From Eledone cirrhosa (taxonomy: Eukaryota): a stretch of 64,000 bases of DNA. Shown one piece after another: positions 58,851-64,000 of the stretch. The number at the start of each line of letters is the position of its first letter. The stretch's first letter is position 1. The notes beneath the pieces were generated by a model that was not told the DNA's origin, ran no database searches, and worked only from the letters and a program-made list of their open reading frames with translations. A program made the position numbers and the translations under genes. Location of the stretch: NCBI GenBank assembly GCA_964016885.1, contig OZ024740.1, forward strand, positions 245,768,001-245,832,000. The letters are read 5' to 3'.

Positions 58851-59710
58851 TCTATATTAATAAAGCTGACGGCTGTATGTATGTAACAAACTTTTCACCA
58901 AACGGCTGGACCAAACGGCACCAAATTTGCACCATAGATGTAACTTTTTCCAAGTAAGAAAGTGAGGGTATTTTTGTCTACTAAATTTCGTTAAAAGATT
59001 AAAGATATTTTATTATTTATTTAAATATTCACCTATCTAAAATTTTCAAATGTCAACCCTTCCGGTTAGCGATCGCTTAAATAAACATTCATATATTTTG
59101 CAGTTTATATATAATATCGTCTTTTTTAAAAATGTATCATGGATTAAATTTCTGTGTATATTGTCAATCTCTATCTATATTAATAAAGCTGACTACATTA
59201 CTGGTACTTTATTATATATAATATATATAATACGACATTCCTCTCTCTTTCTTACTCTGTCTTTTTAGATAGATACATAGCTATAACGTCATGCACTTAT
59301 ATGTCTGTATGTCTGCCTGTCTGCATTGACTTCGCGTCTAACAAATTTTTAATTAATTATATATTCGTGTACATATTTACAACAGTAACACTGTACTATA
59401 TATTTTTAACAGTAATACTTATACTATATATTTTCAACAGTAGTACTATACTATATATTTTCAACAGTAATACTGTACTACACTATATATTTTCAACAGT
59501 AATACTGTACTATATATTTTCAACAGTAATACTGTGCTATATATTTTCAATAGTAATACTGTACTATATATTTTCAACAGTAATACTATACTATATATTT
59601 TCAACAGTAATACTATACTATGCTATATATTTTCAACACTAATACTATACTTCACAGACGGCTTATCGTCTGTTTATCCAAGCCGGGTGCCAGCCAGATG
59701 GGCCAGCTAG
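58851..59710 (+). mobile_element. Non-autonomous Helitron
   Basis: Starts TC (TCTATATTAATAAAG), ends with a GC-rich subterminal segment then CTAG. It sits between A and T in (TA)n with no TSD and contains an internal minisatellite. Confidence 0.7.
59380..59650. repeat. 27-bp minisatellite, about 10 imperfect copies
   Basis: Unit ACTATATATTTTCAACAGTAATACTGT, contiguous with no spacers. Confidence 0.9.
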
Positions 59711-60539
59711 TATATATATATATATATATATATATGTCTGGTTGTTTCTAAATAATCTTCTTGTATTTTAAAACCCCATTATTCGCTTATTATTACTGTT
59801 ATATGCTTCTCCAATTATGCCCAAAATCCGAAGATTTCATTTAAACCCTCTCGCTAACTACCCCATTTGTTTTTCTAAAATAACAATCTTGTTTGTTTAA
59901 TTTTGGCCGAAAAATTCTAGGTTTTATAAAATGGCCTCATTGTCCCTCTTATTCTTTACCCCCGGCCCCACTATATCGTATTACGCGCCGGCTAGTTCAT
60001 CCTTTCAATCACTCCCTTCTCTCACCAAATATAAATAAACCTGTTACGAGGTACGAATCTCAGAATTTGTCAACGCTTATTATTAATGGTCAGACCTCGT
60101 CGTTCCCTGCGAAGTATAATGTAAATGCCATTTTTCTTATCTCTCTCCAGCCTATCGGTCCATTCATTCATATATCCGTATCATCGCCCAGAATCCAATC
60201 TTTTGCTCTCTCTCAATGCTATTCTAGGATTCTGTCTGGTTGTTTCTAAATAATCTTTTAAAACCCCATTATTCGCTTATTATTACTATTATATGCTTCT
60301 CCAAGTCAATGCAGACAGGCAGACATACAGACTTATTATAAGCGCGTGACGTTATAGCTATGTATCTATCTAAAAAGACAGAGTAAGAAAGAGAGAAGAA
60401 TGTTGTATTATATACAATAAAGTACCAGTAATGTAGTCAGCTTTATTAATATAGATAGAGATTGACCAGAATCCGAAGATTTCATTTAAACCCTCTCGCT
60501 AACTACCCCCAGACCCCTCCCACCCGCCCCCACTCTCCA

Positions 60540-63500
60540 CCATTATTATTAGGACCAATCATAAGTCAGCAGCCTATGCTATCACTTCTGGTTGCTTGCC
60601 GATATGATGGATGGACTATGGAATTCTGGAGAGTCTGAAAAATCTGGACACTCAGTGACAATGCTAAAGATAAAGACAAATTCACCACATGCTGCCGGAC
60701 GAAAAGACAATGACTCCTCTTTGTTTCGGCCGCGGATGGCCAACATAAAACCAACCCCACCCCCCTCCACCCCTCCCCGCGCCCCACCGTTCCCACCCAC
60801 CAAATGCAATCCAAAACTTCAGAGTTGGTACCATGAATGTAGGCACCTTAAAAGGTTGTAGAAATGCTTGAACGTAAGGAGGTTGATTGCTGTATCCAAG
60901 AGACCAGGTGGAGGGGTGGGTCTGCTAGATTCATTGTGGGTAAAAAACGATGCTATAAGCTTTTCTGGGTGGGAAATGAAAATGGGTTGGGTGGGGTAGG
61001 AATCATGTTAGCAGAAAAATGGGTAGATAAGACAATAGACGTAAATAGAGTGAATGACAATAATTAAAATAAGACTTGTCCTAAATAGAACTACTGTGAC
61101 AGTAATATCTGCGTATGCACCCCAAACCGGACTGCCTGGCGCTATAAAAGACAGATTCTATGAGACATTGATGCTCACTACCTCCCAAATAACCGACAGT
61201 GACTACGTAATTATTGCTGTCGACCTAAATGGTCACGTTGGACAACATTGTGACGGCTATGACGGAATCCATGGAGGCTATGGGTTTGGTACTAGAAATG
61301 AGGAAGGCTCCAGAATCCTGAAATTCTGTGACGCAAATAACCTAACTATCTGTAACACTAACTTCAAAAAACGAGACAATCACTTGATCACCTATAAATC
61401 AGAGGAACACGCCAGTCAGATAGATTATATCCTTACCAGAAGACGTGACAGAGTGTCTGTTGTAAACACTAAATCCCTCCCCCATGAAGAATGCACCTCC
61501 CAACATAGACTCATAGTCAGCGACCTCATAATCAGGACAAGACGTACTCGATAACAGAGGAGGACTATCCTCAGGAGAAAAATATGGAAGCTAAAGGACC
61601 CCACAACCAGTAATAAATTTCAAAGCATATTACTTGATGCTTTCAACAGTAAGGAAGAGCAATTAGAGTCGTACAATATAGAGGAACAGTGGGAATTCCT
61701 GAAAGCTAACCTGCTGAAGGCGGCAGATGAAGTTTGTGGCTGGAGCAGGCCTATAGGCAGGAGGAGAGTAACGTGGTGGTGGAATAGTAAGGTGGAGGAG
61801 TTAATTAAGGCCAAAAAGCAGGCTTGGAAAGTATGGCGGGATGGGGGAAGTAGAGAAGACTATCAAGTGGCCAGGAGGGAAGCTAGGAGACAAGTGAACT
61901 TTGCAAGAAGGGAAGCAGAGGAAAGAAAGTTCAAGCATGTTCTACAACGCGAGGACCAAAAACGTGAGGTGTTCAGGATTGCTAGGCAATGTGTCAAGGA
62001 AAACCGTAATATTGTCGGGGAGAAGTGTGTCCTTAATGATGATGGTGTACTTGCCATCACTGACGCTGATAAGAAGGTAGCTTGGAAGTGTCACTACGAA
62101 AGGCTACTAAATGAGGAGAATAAATGGGAGGAAGACAATCTCCCCCATATCGACCCAATAGAGGGACCAGCAGTGTAAGTTGAAGGTAGTATAATAAGTA
62201 AGGCAATCAAAGATATGAAGACGAGTAAGGCGGCCGGGCCTTCGGAAATAGTTGCTGAAATGCTGAAAGCATCTGGAACGGTGGGACACACTATGGTCAC
62301 CTGGATAGTAAACCAAGTCATACAGAATGGGGCCGTTCCGAAAGACTGGCGTAGCAGCATCATCATTAACTGCTACAAGGGTAAAGGAGATGCTCTTGAT
62401 AGGGGTAACTATAGAGGCATTAAATTAATCGACCAGGTCATGAAGGTCACAGAAAAAGTAATAGCGCAACTAATCAGAGAACGAATTGGTCTAGATGAAA
62501 TGCAGTTCGGGTTTGTGTCAGGTAAAAGTACCACAGACGCTCTTTTCATTGTACGACAACTACAAGAGAAATACCTAGCTAAAAGTAAACCCTTATACTT
62601 AGCTTTTGTTGACTTGGAGAAAGCCTTTGACAGAGTCCCCCGCTCCATTATCTGGTGGGTGCTTAGAAAACTAGGTGTTGATGAATGGCTTGTGAGAGCT
62701 ATACAAGCCATGTATAAAGAAACAGTCAGCAAGGTTAGAATTAACAACGAATATAGTGAAGAGTTTAGCGTAAAAGTTGGTGTTCATCAGGGCTCCGTTC
62801 TTAGCCCCCTACTATTTATTATTGCCCTTCAGGCTATAACAGGAGTTCAAGACCGGCTGCCCATGGGAACTCCTATATGCAGATGATCTAACGCTCATAG
62901 CTAAATCAATGGCTGAACTGGAGAAGAAATTCCCAACATGGAAGCATGGCCTAGAATCAAAAGGCCTTAAAGTTAACTTGTCTAAGACTAAAGTTCTAGT
63001 TTGTAGGAAGGAAAATAGGGCACCGGTCCCATGTGGGAAATGACCATGCTCAGTGTGTAGGAAAGGAGTAGGCAGAAACTCCATTTTATGTCCCAAATGC
63101 AAAGTATGGGTGCATAAAGATGTATTGGGATCACAGGTAAGCTAATTAAGAATATAGATTTTATATGTGGCCGGTGCTCTGGTGCAATAAGTAGCAGCAA
63201 GTGCTCACAGAATACTAGCTCATTCCATTGCACAGATGGTTCTATAGAAATAGTGGACACCTTCCGTTACCTGGGTGACAAAATCTTCAATGGGGGAGGG
63301 TGCTCTGAAAGTACAGTAGCTAGAGTCAGAACGGGATGGAAAAAGTTCAGAGAGCTTATACCACTATTGGCCGCTAAAGGGTTCTCTCTAAAAATGAAAG
63401 GCAGGCTGTATGATGCCTGCATACGAACAGCAATGTTTTATGGCAGTGAGACCTGGGCATTGTGTGCAGAGGATATACGCAGACTGGAGAGAAACGAAGT

Positions 63501-64000
63501 TTGCATGCTCCGCTGAATGTGTAATAGTAATATACGTGAACGGCAAAGCATAAACGAACTAAGGGAGAAATTAGGAATAAGAGGGATCAGATGTTGTTTA
63601 CTCGAGAGAAGACTACGTTGGTACGGTCACGTGATGCGCATGAAAGACGACAGCTGTATAAAAAAGTGCAGGGCGATAAAAATAGTAGGCAGACCCAGAA
63701 AAACCTGGGACGACTTGATAAATTCCAACCTCACACACTTACACCTCTCCAAGACAATGTCACTGGACCAAGATCTTTGGCGCTACACAGTCATACAGAA
63801 GACCCGCCTTACCTAAGTACAAAGTGAAACCTACTACAGTCAGTAGGCACCTCTAACAAAATACACCCCCGTCCCACTACCCCCACCCCATCCACACCAC
63901 CCCTTTCAATGTAAAGTTATGTTGGTACCACAACATCCAGGCCGAAACGAAGGAGGTCGTGTAGGTGTCACGACAAAAAAACACACAGTCAACGCTGTAA
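60540..64000 (+). mobile_element. Near full-length RTE LINE (APE, RT, PHD-like finger), with several stops and frameshifts; runs off the window
   Basis: RVGTMNVGTL, IQETRW, ISAYAPQ, DLNGHVG, SQIDY and SQH APE motifs (60815-61554); RT motifs 62215-63816; 3' UTR matches 58380-58590. Confidence 0.93.

Noticed and set aside
59380-59650. CRISPR-like array of 27-bp repeats
   Set aside because: The units are contiguous with no unique spacers, there are no cas genes, and the context is eukaryotic. It is a minisatellite.
60540-60810. Self-cleaving (HDV-like) ribozyme in the RTE 5' UTR
   Set aside because: Plausible for the clade, but I could not identify the nested double pseudoknot by eye. It would need an RNAMotif or Infernal search.

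Overview
This is eukaryotic, AT-rich animal DNA made almost entirely of transposable elements. The SINE, RTE and microsatellite content suggests a mollusc, probably a cephalopod or octopus; this is an inference, not a database match. I found no prokaryotic genes, CRISPR arrays, rRNA or intact tRNA genes, and no confidently identifiable host protein-coding gene. Contents: CRE-clade (REL endonuclease) LINE fragments; hAT, piggyBac and TA-target MITEs; a deleted DD37D (maT) Tc1/mariner; a very young non-autonomous LTR element with a long tRNA-Trp primer site; two Ty3/Gypsy remnants; two Penelope-like remnants; an R4/Dong fragment; Helitron pieces; many tRNA-derived SINEs; several RTE LINEs whose ORF has a PHD-like zinc finger inside the RT region; and a ~15 kb head-to-tail train of three divergent L1/Tx1-like LINEs. 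The train is the most interesting structure. Each element starts right after a (TAT)n tail left by the previous element or SINE. The elements share a 5'-UTR hairpin and splice-site-like motifs at the ORF1/ORF2 junction, and their 3' end resembles the tail of the local SINE. Boundaries of degenerate elements are approximate (tens of bp).
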